52,944 nucleotides of DNA, taken from Octopus bimaculoides. Its lineage: Eukaryota. Positions within the stretch are counted from its first letter, which is position 1; each line of letters starts with the position of its first letter. Positions 23,758-36,821 of the stretch are shown piece by piece. The notes under the pieces were generated by a model that worked only from the letters and a program-made list of their open reading frames with translations, did no database searches and was not told the DNA's origin. The stretch is taken from the NCBI RefSeq assembly GCF_001194135.2, contig NC_068982.1, forward strand, positions 148,871,972-148,924,915. The letters run 5' to 3'. The position numbers and the translations under genes were made by a program.

Positions 23758-24798
23758 CTAAAAAGTAAAGCTCATGCTATTTAAACATAAACAGCAAGAC
23801 TGATTTTTTTAAAGCTGTCTGAATTACAGAAGATTGTTTCTCAAACTCTCTTTTAAGTTTTCAAAATATACAGTAACAACATAGGGAAGCTTTTTATATT
23901 GTCTTCTGCTGAAAGTTACTTTAATATAGAAATATATCAAATTATAAATCTAAACCACGAACAAAACTACCACAGTAAAAATCAAATTGTCTTATAAAGA
24001 CCAGAAATATTTTTGTTTCATATATCTTGAGAAAAGGATTTCAGTTTTTAGAAAACAATAATTTTTGTACCAAAGTTCATACTTTCAATTACACTTATGT
24101 TTTTTTTTTTTTTTAGGTTGTTTGCTCATATATACCACTGAAACAAAATTTTTAGATTTCTGCTAGATGTTTCAAAAAGTGGATTGTGTCACCTGAATAT
24201 GTATAAGTCAAGACATATAAAGGTCTTAAATTATTACCAGAAGATAAGATTAATGCTATTTTTTTTTTATTAATAGACTTACAATTAATATTAAATTTGA
24301 GAGAGAAAATCATTGGAGTGTCAGACAAAATGGCTTTGTGTAATATATTTATCCAATGATTTAAAAATATAACCTTACTTGAAGTAGGTAAGCGTTGGCA
24401 ACAGGAAAGGCATCCAACCATAGAAAATCTGTCTCAATAAATTCGACCTAACCCATAGAAGCATGGAAAAGTAGATTTTATAACAATAACAATAAGGATG
24501 ATATAGTTGCCCTCATTATCCCAATATGACCATTGCTCCTGTTTCTAGCTTGCACATTGTTGAAACTTCACCAGAAGACTCAAGGCAATATTTTGCCTTT
24601 GTGTGAAATTTCATTTCCAGACTTCTACCATAGATGAAACAGTTTGCAAAAGTATCTTTCTAAAATTAGTATAGGTTAACTGGCCATTACCTCTCAATGT
24701 GAAGAATGAAAGGTTTTCGTCCCTTTTAGGTATTACTGCAGAAAGAAATTCCCTTGTGGCACACTGAAACTTAGAAATTTTGAATAAATCATGAATAA

Positions 24799-24800
<2 letters not shown>

Positions 24801-24854
<54 letters not shown>
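24801..24854. repeat. (AG)n microsatellite
   Basis: Directly visible. Confidence 0.97.
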
Positions 24855-24856
<2 letters not shown>

Positions 24857-25257
24857 CAGTCTGTAGCATATTTTCCAAGTGAAGTGAGTTTAATGTTGAC
24901 AATTTGGCAAACTGATTGAAATTTGTGCTGGTAAACTATTATGTACTATTCATATAGCTGGCAGCATAATTACATTAGATAATGTAAATTGCATTAGTAT
25001 ATCTGAAGATAAAAATAACTTGAATTGTCTTAAGTTTTAATATACAATGTTATTGCTTTAAGAAATAGTTTACATGTTTAGTTTCAAAAGATAATGCTTT
25101 TTCACATGAACATACACCCCCCCACAATAAAAAAAAACATATATGCTATTTTGCTACAATAATATTGTATGTGTTTTTGTGTGTGTATGCATGTGTATGT
25201 ACATGAGTGTTCATATGCATTAGTATAATTAAAACTATTTATCTCAATTTTCAATTC

Positions 25258-25304
<47 letters not shown>

Positions 25305-25929
25305 CTATATATAACCATTAAAACATATATCAGGAAAGAAGCAAACTCTAAAGAATAGAGAAGTAACTATTTAAACAGTTAAATTCTGGTCATAGAGTTG
25401 TATCCACGAAGGCTACAGCCATGTGGACAACTCATCAGACTCTATACAAGGACAAAAAAATTAAACTTTTCTGTCACGTAGATGTGAGGAAATGCTGAGA
25501 GATCGAGATTTAACAGCTAACATATAAAAACATTAATGAGGATGGGTTATCTCCCCAAGACCAGAGGATAAATAAACCCTTACAGACCCAAAATAGCCTA
25601 ACAAGAAAACAGGAGAGATCCAATTTTCTAGAAGGTAGTGCTTGAAATGGACACATCTAGAGAAAACATGCCAGATTTAGCATAGTCCTTAAAAATTTGG
25701 GTTCTCTCTGCGATGCAGATTTTGCAACAGCCACTCCCATTAATATGGGCCTGGATGATCTATTATTTTTTCACCTGATACCACATGGGATCCCTTGGTC
25801 TTTGAGGTGCCACACATGGCTGGCCAGGGACGTGACAGAACATCTTTCTGGGAATCAAAAGGATGACTGGTGGTTGCAGAAGCAACATTTGAAAGATGTA
25901 CTGAACAATCCAATATATTTACAAACTTG

Positions 25930-27232
25930 GGATGTGGATCTGCAGTCTTCAAATTAGCTTTCTCCTTTCTGGTTTTGAGAAGCTTAATTTCTCAAGATTT
26001 GTATTTAGACAGTGTGTTACATATCCCAAGGCCCCAATAATTACAGGTATAAACCTGAACTTGTAATTTGGATAGAGGAACTGCATATTCCTCAATGGTT
26101 CAGCATAAGTATTCTCTTTTTCACTGATCTTCAGCCTTATATTAACATCTGCTGTGCAACTAATTTTTACAATTGTACACAGTTTCTCTTCTCTATTCCA
26201 AATCATTATATCAGGTCCGTTGTGCTTACACTTTTTGAGGTTTTCACTTTGACATTCCACCAGTACTCCTTTTTATTATGAATGGCTATGGCTTCTATCA
26301 TACTGTGGATTCTTATTTCTTTGTTCTCTGGGTTATCTTTCCAACAGATTTCGTGATAGAGTATCCTAGCGACAACATCATGTCTCATTGGTAAATAATA
26401 CCATGATGACATTTTCGGACAACTGCTATCTTCAGTGTGAACTCCACAAAGTCTGCATCAGTTGTCATATTTTACTGCTTTCCCTGCATCTCTGTCCCTT
26501 TTGTGCATTAGGTATTTGGTTTATATTTCCTGTTCCTGAATTGCAAATGCATATCCTTCAAAGTGGGAGTTAGTAATCCAGTTGTCGGTCTATGATAGAC
26601 TGCTTTGATGATCAATGTTATTATCATCACGGAGTTCTCTACAAACATATCCATGCATAGTCTTCTGCTCATATAGGCTCATCGTTTCATCTGATGATAC
26701 ATTGCAGTAGATTCATGCAACTTCTTTGGGCATATATTTAAGGTTATCAAACAAGGAATGTTGAAGGAGCTGCCTTCCAAGTCTTATGATGTTATCAGCC
26801 TCATGCAAACTTGGTCAAGGGAGGCACTTCGACACTTGGTGGTTAAAAGATGTGATGTGATATTCAAAAGCATTTTGGATCAATGTTAAACCTCTGCCAC
26901 CTTGTCTTCATTTTAGGTAGAGCCAGTCTGTGTCACTGTTTATGTGGAAATTATGTGTGCTTGTTAGTATTTTCCGGGTTTTCACATCAATGGCTCAGAT
27001 CTCATCAAGCATCCAATGAAGCAGCCCAAATGTTGTTATGAGTACTGGTACTGCAAACACATTGTGGACCATTATTTTATTGAATGCAGAGAGTTTTGAG
27101 GTCCAAATTTTCTTTACTCAACTGTAATATTCTTTAGTGATATGTGTTTTGTTACAGATGCCATTGTAAACTATGTTTTCATCTACCCCTAGATACCTGT
27201 AACATTCCTTGTCAGATATAGGGTTGTTTCAT
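25930..27232 (-). mobile_element. R4/Dong-type (RLE) non-LTR retrotransposon, C-terminal fragment, degenerate
   Basis: SHFEGYAFAIQEQEI, CRLCG...SCP zinc-knuckle remnant, RHDVVAR, PDIMIWNREEKLC (RLE PD..D region) and IPVIIGALG motifs across frameshifts. Confidence 0.85.
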
Positions 27233-27320
27233 TGTTACAATTATAGATGTGTGTGTGTGTGTGCTATTATTGATTACAGAATATTATTAAAGCATATGCA
27301 CTTCAAAGGAGCAGTTTCAG

Positions 27321-27465
27321 GGTGAATGGTGAATGTGTTGTACTTAAAAGCAGAGTTTCTCCTTGTCTGTATGCAGGCGAAAAGAAAGTGCTTTGTGTAT
27401 GCAATAGAAATGTAAATATTGAGATGCAAACATCTGGAGAAATAGTGTTATGGACCCCTTTGTAT
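27321..27465 (+). CDS. Candidate internal exon (VNGECVVLKSRVSPCLYAGEKKVLCVCNRNVNIEMQTSGEIVLWTPLY)
   Basis: cagtttcag acceptor (alternative start 27309, same phase) and TAT|gtatgt donor; phase 2 to 0 links the 22908 and 43798 candidates in frame. Confidence 0.35.
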
Positions 27466-28847
27466 GTATGTAAATTTAAGTATGAACTGTCACAAGGAAT
27501 CTCATCTGACACTCTAACATTCTACCAATGCACCATCCTGAACTTGTATTATATTTGACCAACCCGAAAAGGATATAATGCAACATTAACATCGATAAGA
27601 TGTGAACTCAGACTGCAGAAGGCTGGAACAAATAACTCAAGGCATTTTATCCAATGATCTATTGATTCTGCCAATGCCAATTTGTTGCCTTTGCTGGTAT
27701 CGAGGCCAGCAACATCGATCCAGCTGTAAAGTTGTAAAAATGTTGTGTGACATAAAAGTACCGTAATCTGATAATGCTGTTTCTAAAGAAACTGTACTGG
27801 TTGTCTCTAAATAAGGAGAGACACTTAAGATGATGAAAGAGGTTTTTAATGTTGCTGAAATGGAACTAAGCAAGCACTTCTCACATCCTACGCAAAACAC
27901 TATCAGTTTAGTTGTACTACCCACACAGTGCATATTCTACACACTTAGCATACAATATACACACAACACAGTTACCATCCAATAGTATAACACACAGCAC
28001 ACACAACACATACTCAATACAATCATCACTCAATAAAATAAAATGACATACACTCATAAATAATTGACACCCAACATTATAACATCTAACACTCAACTAA
28101 CAAACCGCAAAACTCATATTCCACACAATTACCCACCAATTTTATAACATACTCCGCATAATACATTCTCTACAGATTCACCATCTGACACTAAAACACA
28201 TGACATAGCTCACAACACCAGAAACATATAAGTTACTCCTGAAACAAACAAAACAAAGAGGATAGTAAAGCAAGACAGATGCAGAACACAAATGCAGAGC
28301 TACACTTCATTATTAGCAATAGAATTAGTTTTAGTTCAGAATAGCAATTTGCATATTGTACTAAATGTGTATATACTGTAGAAAGCCCCAACACTGCAAT
28401 ATTCGTCTTGAGAAAGCATATCACAAAGATGTATGGTATTGAAATACACTGATATCCATAGTTTTGTCTTCTACATTATACATCTATCAAGATGCTTTCT
28501 GAACTGAATACTGCAGTGCTATGGCTTTCATTCATGTTAAATACGATATACAGATTGCTACAATAGTGCACATATTTCAGAAACACACAGGTATTCCTTG
28601 TAGAAGCAACACACTTTGACAGTTTTCAGTTGATAGTTTTTGGTGAAGTTGGTTAGATCCAGGTTAATCCTGATCAACAAGCCTCTTTTCAAAAACTATG
28701 ATCATTCTGTCTTTTTTCACGGACATATTATATGTAAAACTACATGATGTTAATATGTCAATGTGCCCTTATTTTTTTTAAGACAATAAGGTTTTATTTG
28801 CTAAATATTTGGTTGTTATTTCTAGTTGGGTTAGTGACCACATAGAG

Positions 28848-29196
28848 CAACGCTTCTCCACTGGGATTCTCTGGAACCTTGGGGTTCTGTATAAGGTTCC
28901 TAGAAGTACCTAGAGAAAGAGTGAGATAAGCTAATGTTAACTTCATGATCGTAATATTACTATACATGCACAAGATATTATTGGTTATTATAATATAGAC
29001 ATCATCCTATCTAATCTATTATGTTAACAAAAAATATAACAACCACACACACACACACACATGATATTTATCATATGAACTACAATGAAAAAAATATGAG
29101 AAAGATATGGTATATAATTTTTTTTGTGCAGGGGTTCCTTCAGACATGTAATTTATTTTAAGGGTTACACAAAGGTAAAAAGGTCAAGAAACACTG
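28848..29196. mobile_element. hAT/Charlie-like MITE with perfect 8-bp TSD
   Basis: ACATAGAG at 28840-28847 and 29197-29204; TIR remnants CAACGCTTCTCCA / TCAAGAAACACTG. Confidence 0.8.
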
Positions 29197-29634
29197 ACAT
29201 AGAGTGTTACTGCTAGCATTGGTTATTTTAAAGGTGGATGTTTCATTGCAGACAACAATGTTGATGATTGTATTTGTTGTTCATAGTGGTGAGACAGTGT
29301 AGTGGTTTTGGTGCTGGTGGTGGTGATGTTGGTGATGGTGGTGTTGATGGTGGAGGTTATGGTAATAATAGTAGTGGTAGTCATACTGATATTGGTAATA
29401 TCAGCATGAATATGGCTGATGGTAATCTCATCTACAGTTGGCCTTCATTGAGTAGACCCATTATCAGGAGTTTTCCAGCCTTGAATATCCCACCTTTTCC
29501 TAATGCGCAGAAAGTTCAATATTACATTTTTTTAAACTGGATCTACTTTGTAAGAAATTTGGCTGCTATTTCTACCAGGTCAAGGGATCACAAACAGACA
29601 TTGGTCCTTATTATTGTTGTTGTTGCTGTACAAT

Positions 29635-29862
29635 GCAGCGGGGTGGCAGAATCATTAGCATGCCAGGCGAAACCCTTAACAGTATTTTATCTGTCATCAC
29701 ATTCTGAGTTCAAATGCCGCCAGGGTCGACCTTGCCATTCATCCTTTCGGGGTCGATAAATTAAGTACCAGTTATGCACTGGGGTCGATGTAATCGACTT
29801 GCCCCCTCCCCCAAAATGCCAGGCCCCTTGCTTATCGTAGAAAGGATTATTGTTGTTGCTGT
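29635..29862 (+). mobile_element. SINE family A
   Basis: Head, B-box-like GTTCAAATGCC and central GTCGACCTTGCCATTCATCCTTTCGGGGTCGATAAATTAAGTACCAG; ends in (TTG)n. Confidence 0.85.
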
Positions 29863-29865
29863 GGA

Positions 29866-30580
29866 TTGAACATTAGAAGCATCAGTTGTGGCGTGCAAGA
29901 GAGACGATTGCACTGGTATGGACATGTGGTGAGAATGGAGGAGGATAGCTGCGTGAAAAAGTGCCACACCCTAACAGTTGAGGGAACCCGTGGAAGAGGT
30001 AGGCCCAGGAAGACCTGGGCTGAGGTGGTGAGGCAAGACCTTCGTACATTGGGCCTCACCGAGACGATGACTACTGACCGAGACCTTTGGAAATGTGCTG
30101 TGCGTGAGAAGACCCGGCAAGCCAAGTAAGATCGTTGCCAGTGCCCCTGGACTGGTTCTTGTGCGGGTGGCACATNNNNNNNNNNNNNNNNNNNNNNNNN
30201 NNNNNNNNNNNNNNNNNNNNNNNNNNNNNNNNNNNNNNNNNNNNNNNNNNNNNNNNNNNNNNNNNNNNNNNNNNNNNNNNNNNNNNNNNNNNNNNNNNNN
30301 NNNNNNNNNNNNNNNNNNNNNNNNNNNNNNNNNNNNNNNNNGGCACATAAAAGACACCATTTCGAGCGTGGCCGTTTTCATGCAGGTGACACGTAAAAGC
30401 ACCCACTACACTCTCTGAGTGGTTGGCGTTAGGAAGGGCATCCAGCTGTAGAAACTCTGCCAAATCAGACTGGAGCCTGGTGTTGCCATCCGGTTTCACC
30501 AGTCCTCAGTCAAATCGTCCAACCCATGCTAGCATGGAAAGCGGACGTTAAACGATGATGATGATGATGATGATGATGAT
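29866..30580 (+). mobile_element. RTE-clade LINE 3' end: ORF C-terminus, repeat-containing 3' UTR and (GAT)n tail
   Basis: RRLHWYGHVVRM...RGRGRPRKTW...DRDLWK is the diagnostic RTE C-terminus; CCATGCTAGCATGG palindrome precedes (GAT)n. Confidence 0.92.
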
Positions 30581-31299
30581 GCCGCTATTGTTATTGTAGT
30601 TATTGGTGATGGTGTTATTTTCAGTTGCGTTATTGAGTGTTATTGAGTGTTATATTTGTTGTTGATTGTGTTGCTGAATATATCACCTTCATCAATACAT
30701 TCATTTTACCTAGTTTTACAGTTCCATAAATATTTATGTAATGTAACACACATTATCGGAAGCTTTCATATTTTACATCTCACATCTATATTTTGTTATG
30801 ATAACAATAGACCAAAATTAGGCGTGTACTATGTATGTTATTTTTATGTATAGTGTATGTGTGTCTGTTTGTGCGTATGGGGAATTTGTATAGCAGGCAC
30901 TTCATTTTGCATATGGGTATATATGTGTGTTTATATATGTGTGTGTATATGTGTGATGCTGTGGGATGGACTAAACAGAGATGTATGTTTTATATATAAT
31001 GGGAGCAAATCAATAGGTTAAATATGTGTATTTGTATGCATAATGAATATTTGTGTGTTGGAGCGGGTGTATGAAGGCATATATAGATAGATAGGGAAGT
31101 AGATAGATAGGTACACACATACACACACATATATATATATGTACGAATATATGTACGTATATATGTGTGTGCATGCATGTGTGTGTGTGTGTATGAATAT
31201 GTTGGAGCAGATGTATAGTGTGAATGTCCATTTTGTTTTAATGTGCACACATACATGAGGGAGAGGAGGAGGAAAGGAAGGGGTGGATGGTAGTGGTGA

Positions 31300-31322
31300 T
31301 GAAGATGATGGTGCTGTTGTTG

Positions 31323-31354
<32 letters not shown>

Positions 31355-31450
31355 GGTGGTGGTAATTATGGTGGTATCACTCGTCACCATTGTGCTAATG
31401 ATCGTGATGGTATCAGTTGTCGCTGCCATTACCGTCTTCATCATGATCAT
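31300..31450. repeat. (GTT)n/(GGT)n/(GAT)n trinucleotide low-complexity tract
   Basis: Directly visible. Confidence 0.85.
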
Positions 31451-31937
31451 TACCATTTTAATGGCTGTTTTTTATTCCATATTGGTATAAATTCAATGGA
31501 TCTTCCCAGCAATATTTCTCCATTTGTATCCATGTGGATGCACATAGACTCGAGCACATCTGTAGTATGCATGTGGGATATGGCTATGTGATATGTATAT
31601 GTTTTCATGCATCTGAATGCATACGACTGCAGTAAATATGAAATGTGGCTGAAGCTATCAATCTACATAATTTCCATTCTCTCTCTCTCTCTCNNNNNNN
31701 NNNTCTCTCTCTCTCACACACACACACACACGCACACGCACACACACATACACATACACACACACACACATACATTCATAAGCTCATGCACACACACATA
31801 TGGATAATTTATCACACTTTGGCCAGTTATCACACTGTCTTCGCTATTCCACTTTTATTGACAATAGACTTTGCTCTTCCATATTTGCCATTCCTACTCC
31901 TATCTTCAGATAAAGTCCAATCTATATCTCTCTACAA

Positions 31938-32600
31938 CTGGCTCCCTGTGCTGGTGGCATGTAAAAAGCACCATCTGAACATGGTTGATACCAGTGCCAC
32001 CTAATTGGCACCGATGCTGGTGGCATGTAAAACGTGCCTTCCAAACGTGGTTGATGCCAGTGACCACTGACTGGCTCCTGTGCTGGAGGCATGTAAAAAG
32101 CACCATCTGAATGTGGTTGATACCAGTGCTCCCTGACTGGCTCCCATGCTGGTGGTACGTAAAAAGCACCATCCGAACATGGTCGATGCCAGTGCCGCCT
32201 AACTGGCATCCGTGTGGGTGGCACATAAAAAGCACCATCCAAATGTGGTTGATGCTAGTGACCACTGACTGGCTTCCGTGCTGGTGGCATGTAAAAAGCA
32301 CCATCCAAACATGGTTGATGCCAGTGAACCCTTAATGGTTTCCGTGCTGTGGCACATAAAAAGCAACATCCAAATGTGGTCGATGCCAGTGACCCCTGAG
32401 TGGCTCCCATGCCAGTGGCATGTAAAAAGCTCCCACTACACTTTCAGAGCAGTTGGCAGTAGGAAGGGCAACCAGCTGTAGAAACATTGCCAGATCAGAT
32501 TGGAGCCTGGTGCAGCCCACTGGCTTGCCAGACCTCAGTCAAACCATTCAACCCATGCCAGCATGGAAAGCAGATGTTAAACGATGATGATGATGATGGT
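31938..32600 (+). mobile_element. RTE 3' UTR derivative with about 7.5 copies of a ~66-bp minisatellite
   Basis: Units CTGGCTCC.GTGCTGGTGGCATGTAAAAAGCACCATC.GAACATGGTTGATGCCAGTG... followed by the standard RTE tail and (GAT)n. Confidence 0.88.
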
Positions 32601-32799
32601 GATTTACTGGGGGATTAATCACTCAGGATGAAAGGTAAAGTCAACCATGGCAGAATTTGAACACAGACATGAAGACAAATGAAATGATGCTAAGAATGTT
32701 GTTCAGTGTACTAACAATTCTACCAGTTCACTGCCATAATAATAATAATAACAATAATAATAATTTTCTTTTTTCTTTTCTTCTGTTTTCTGAAACATT

Positions 32800-32926
32800 C
32801 TCTAGAACAATACTTTGTGCAACACCAAATATATGGCATCCTAAGCATAACACCAACTTGAACTTCTAACTTGTCTCTGAGTGAAACTTGGAGCCAACTT
32901 GAGCAAATACAAAGCAAAAGTCAAAC

Positions 32927-32973
<47 letters not shown>

Positions 32974-32975
32974 GT
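32800..32975 (+). mobile_element. Probable Dong/R4-type 3' UTR ending in (TAA)n
   Basis: Ends ...CAAATACAAAGCAAAAGTCAAACAT-(AAT)n; assignment rests on recalled similarity only. Confidence 0.4.
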
Positions 32976-32976
32976 A

Positions 32977-33247
32977 ACAAGAACACTCAGAGAGCGCAAG
33001 CCCCCACCAAGGCAACACCAATGTCTTCTCAACGATTAGCCAGAGATGATTTTTAAAATGAGAATATCTGAAATAAACTCGACTGCTCTCACAAATGAGA
33101 ATACTAAAATTGAACCCAACTGCTCTCAAAAATTAAGCAAAAACAAAACGGAAAAGTAATCCAGAATCCTTGTCCAGCACTGGATCGATCCCAAAATTTA
33201 ATCAGCTTGTGCAAGTCACGAGGCCAAACATCCCTGAAAGTTTCATT
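32977..33247 (+). mobile_element. Helentron-associated (HINE/DINE-like) non-autonomous element, truncated
   Basis: Starts AACAAGAACACTCAGAGAGCGCAAGCCCCCACCAAGGC and has CCCAAAATTTAATCAG...CCTGAAAGTTTCAT, the layout of HINE-type elements. Confidence 0.5.
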
Positions 33248-33484
33248 TTTTATTTCTATTTTTATTTTCTATTATTTATTTTTCCCTTTTTCTCTCTTTC
33301 TATTGTCCCCTTGTTTTCTATCACATAACTTGACTTTGTAAATTAACAATTTGATATGTTTAATTTAATTACCCATCAATGTATGCAGTGAGTTTTTATG
33401 CCCTAGGTGTCGGGAAGACACTTGGCAAGAAATGGAAACAAAATTGAAAGTAAAAGAAAATGATGATGATGATGATGATGATAA

Positions 33485-34310
33485 TGGAAACACCTTGTTT
33501 AGATCAAAGAACTACATATTATGAATGAGGTTGAACAATTCTGGTAAAATATATGGAACAGTAAAAAAAATAAACAATAATGGATTAATAGAGAAATAGA
33601 CAGAATGAGAGATATTAGCTATCAGGAATGGCAAAAGAAACAGAGCTGTTAGAGCTAAGGCAGGCACTTAGTAAAGTACATAAATGGAAATCACCTAGAA
33701 TTAACCAAATACCTAACTTTTGGTTAAATGCACTCACAGGAATGCATAAAGACCTTGCTATTGCTAATGAAATTATGTTTATAATATAAAAGTCAAATAA
33801 AACCCTTAAACAGTTGACAGAAGGTACAAACAAAACAGTTGAAAAAAAAAAAACATTTGCTCCAAAGACTTGTCTCACTATGACCTACAAACTCCTGGCA
33901 TCTATACTAACCGAGCAAGAACAAAAAGGTGGAAAGCAGAACTCGTATTGGTGCAAAAACCAACTATTAAGTAATTAGTTGATTCTAGAAAATTGTTGGT
34001 GCAAAAAGAGATATCAAATCACTGCTTGAACTGATTATAAGAAAGCCTATGGCAGAGTACCATATGAATGGATACTGGAAGCCCTAGAAATTCACAAACT
34101 ATCTCCCATAATATCTCATGTTTTATGAACCAGCATGACAAAATGGAGTACAACCCTCTTGCTAAACCATAACAAAGGAATCATACAGTCAGATAAACTT
34201 AAAATTAATTGTGGAATACTTAACATCATGTAAACCTAGCATTTATGAAATCCAAAAGATAGTTCTGACAATAGCACCCATCTATTTCGTAAATATTTGA
34301 CTTTGTAATA
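33485..34310 (+). mobile_element. R4/Dong-type LINE, internally deleted and degenerate (RT N-half joined to extreme C-terminus)
   Basis: EVEQFW; HKWKSP.I.QIPNFWLNALTGMH; DYKKAYGRVPYEWILEALEI; then a jump to the terminal IQKIVL motif. Confidence 0.75.
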
Positions 34311-34646
34311 TATGTATCAACACATAATCTTTACTGTTTAATTTTTGTATTAAATTTAATTGATATTTGATACCATTCAAGTATCCTCAATGCAGAATTA
34401 ACTCGTATCTTTTATGCTCTTTTATACATCTTTTTTATCCTCTGACTTTACCTTTCTATACTTATTTTCTGTTTGCTTTATCTATAAACTTTTGTGATGT
34501 GACTTGTTAAATGGATGAAAATAAAAGACTGTCAAAACAAATGATGCCAGCCTTTGCATATAAAGTGAAATCAAAACAGAGAAATGATGATGATGATGAT
34601 GGTGGTGGTTGTGGTGGTGGTGGTAGTTATTTCTAATTTAGGCACA

Positions 34647-35267
34647 TTCTTTTATTCCTTTATTTGTTTCAGTTATCCGACTGTGGCCAAGCAGGAGCAC
34701 TACCGTTAGTCGAACAAATCGACTCCAGGACTTATTCTTTGTATGCCTAGTACTTATTCTTTTGTTGTACTGTCTCTTTTACAGAGATGTAAACACACCA
34801 ACATCCGATGACAAGTGAAAGTGGCAGGGACAAGCACAAGCACACAAATACATACATATTTAATGTACAGGTTTGGCCAAAAAAGTCACTTTACAGTAAA
34901 TCAAAACCATTTAATTCTGAGGTTTATTTATATTTAGCAATGGAATGAATTTAATAAAAGCATCTAAATATGAAACATGAAAATTGTTCAAACAGAAGAC
35001 CTTGACTGACACATTTTTCCATTCAAGTCAATACAGAATTACAGATAGTATTTATGAAATTTTGATTTACTTTTGGGTGACTTCTGGTCAACCCTGAATA
35101 TATACGATGGGCTTCTTTCAGTTTCCATCTACCAAATCCATTCACAAGGCTTTGGTCAGCCTGAGGCTATAGTAGAAGAACACTTGCCCAAAGTGCTGTG
35201 TAGTGGGACTAAATCCAAGACCACATAGTTGGGAAGCAAGCTTCTTCCATAAACAACCATGCCTGTA
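34647..35267 (-). mobile_element. SINE family B (minus) with a MITE inserted in its linker
   Basis: 3' half 34647-34860 and 5' half 35100-35267 both match family B in reverse. Confidence 0.8.
34868..35096. mobile_element. Tc1/mariner-type MITE
   Basis: Imperfect TIRs CAGGTTTGGCCAAAAAAGTCAC / GTGACTTCTGGTCAACCCTG; TA on the left, TA-rich flank on the right. Confidence 0.7.
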
Positions 35268-35386
35268 CCATCCAAAATAAAAACAAAATTAAAAGAGTAC
35301 ACTGGACCAACAAACACTACATGGAAGTGTAACACTCTTGTGTCACACTAACACTATATCCAATGACGTATTTATGTGGAACAGGA

Positions 35387-35584
35387 ATTCTTTTATTCTT
35401 TTACTTGTTTCAGTCATTTGACTGTGGCCATCCTGGAGCACTGCCTTTAGTCAAAGAAATCGACCCCAGAACTTATTTTTTGTAAGCTTGGTACTTCTTC
35501 TATCCATCCTTTTTGCTGAACTGCTCCCTTACAGGGACATAAACACACCAACATCAGTTGTCAAGCAATGGTGGGGGTCAAACA
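35387..35584 (-). mobile_element. SINE family B 3' half, followed by (CA)n to about 35676
   Basis: Reverse complement of the family B 3' half. Confidence 0.8.
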
Positions 35585-35616
35585 CAGACACACAGACACA
35601 GACACTCACACACACA

Positions 35617-35663
<47 letters not shown>

Positions 35664-36821
35664 ACACACACACACATGATTCTTCTTGTTTCAGTTTATC
35701 AAATTCCATTCTCAAATGTTCATTCAGTAGCTAACAGTATCTATACAGTGGGAACAAAACCCCAATTGTGTGATTCTGAAGTGTACTTCTTAACCTCGAG
35801 GCTTACAATGAATGAGCTTTCAAAACAGTGAAAATATGACAGAAGCCACCACATGAGAAATAAGCATTGAATTACAAAAACTCAAAATCACACACAAAGG
35901 AAAAGGGACTAAAATCCAAAACTGTGTTGATGTCCATCAAAGTCCCCATGGAAACATTTGACTAAATACACAGAGGCAATAAAAATATATCCTGGGTCCC
36001 ACACTTAACAACAAACAATAAAAACACTCAGAACAACAAATCAACCAGAATTAACACAGATGAAGATCAAACGGAAACAATAAAGAAAACAGAAGAACAG
36101 AACATTATAAAATCGATTACACTGGTTATGTTATATGTGAACAAGTAGCTCTATGAAAAGATAAACAAATGTAACAGGGCCTTGCAAGAAATTCTATCTA
36201 CAGCAACAAACTACAGGAATATTGACAAACTGAATGACCCGATCCATGATAAAATCAGTCTTTTAACAAAAGGCCAACCTACAAAATGGAAAAATAAACC
36301 TATACTACACAATTAAAAAGTAATGGAAGGACCCATCCTTACTTTGATAAAAAGGAAAAAAACATGAAAAAAGAATACAACCCAAATAACAAAAAATGTA
36401 TAATATGGATAAAAACGAAGACATGATGAGAACAAAAAGAAAAGCTTAAACAAATTGTATCCATAAAAAAATAACATGTAGAATAAGGTGTTTCAAAAGA
36501 CATGAACACTTTTTCCTGGAGAAAAAGAGTTTTTGAACCAAATGCTAAAGATTTTATTGGCAGATTAAGAAATAAGCATAACAGTGAAGGATTCACCAAT
36601 ATCAAGTTCAAGAACACTGAGAAGAAATATGGAAAAAAACATTCAGTACAAAAAAAAAAGAGATACCACTATGCTTGAAATAGCAGTCTAAACCTGACTC
36701 TAACACCACATCAAGTATTCAATACAGCACAAGGTGAAAAGACAGACAAATAAAACCAGTAAAAATTGTATAATTTCAGACCCTGTGTTTCTGGCTCTGT
36801 ACAAAACCATACTCCCCGATT

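Noticed and set aside
27700-27930. Stop-interrupted frame resembling a hAT transposase N-terminus
   Set aside because: Too short and degenerate to assign.
31938-32430. Regular array that might be taken for CRISPR (also the 29-bp array at 9284)
   Set aside because: Units are contiguous and diverged with no unique spacers, there are no cas genes, and they lie inside eukaryotic retroelements.
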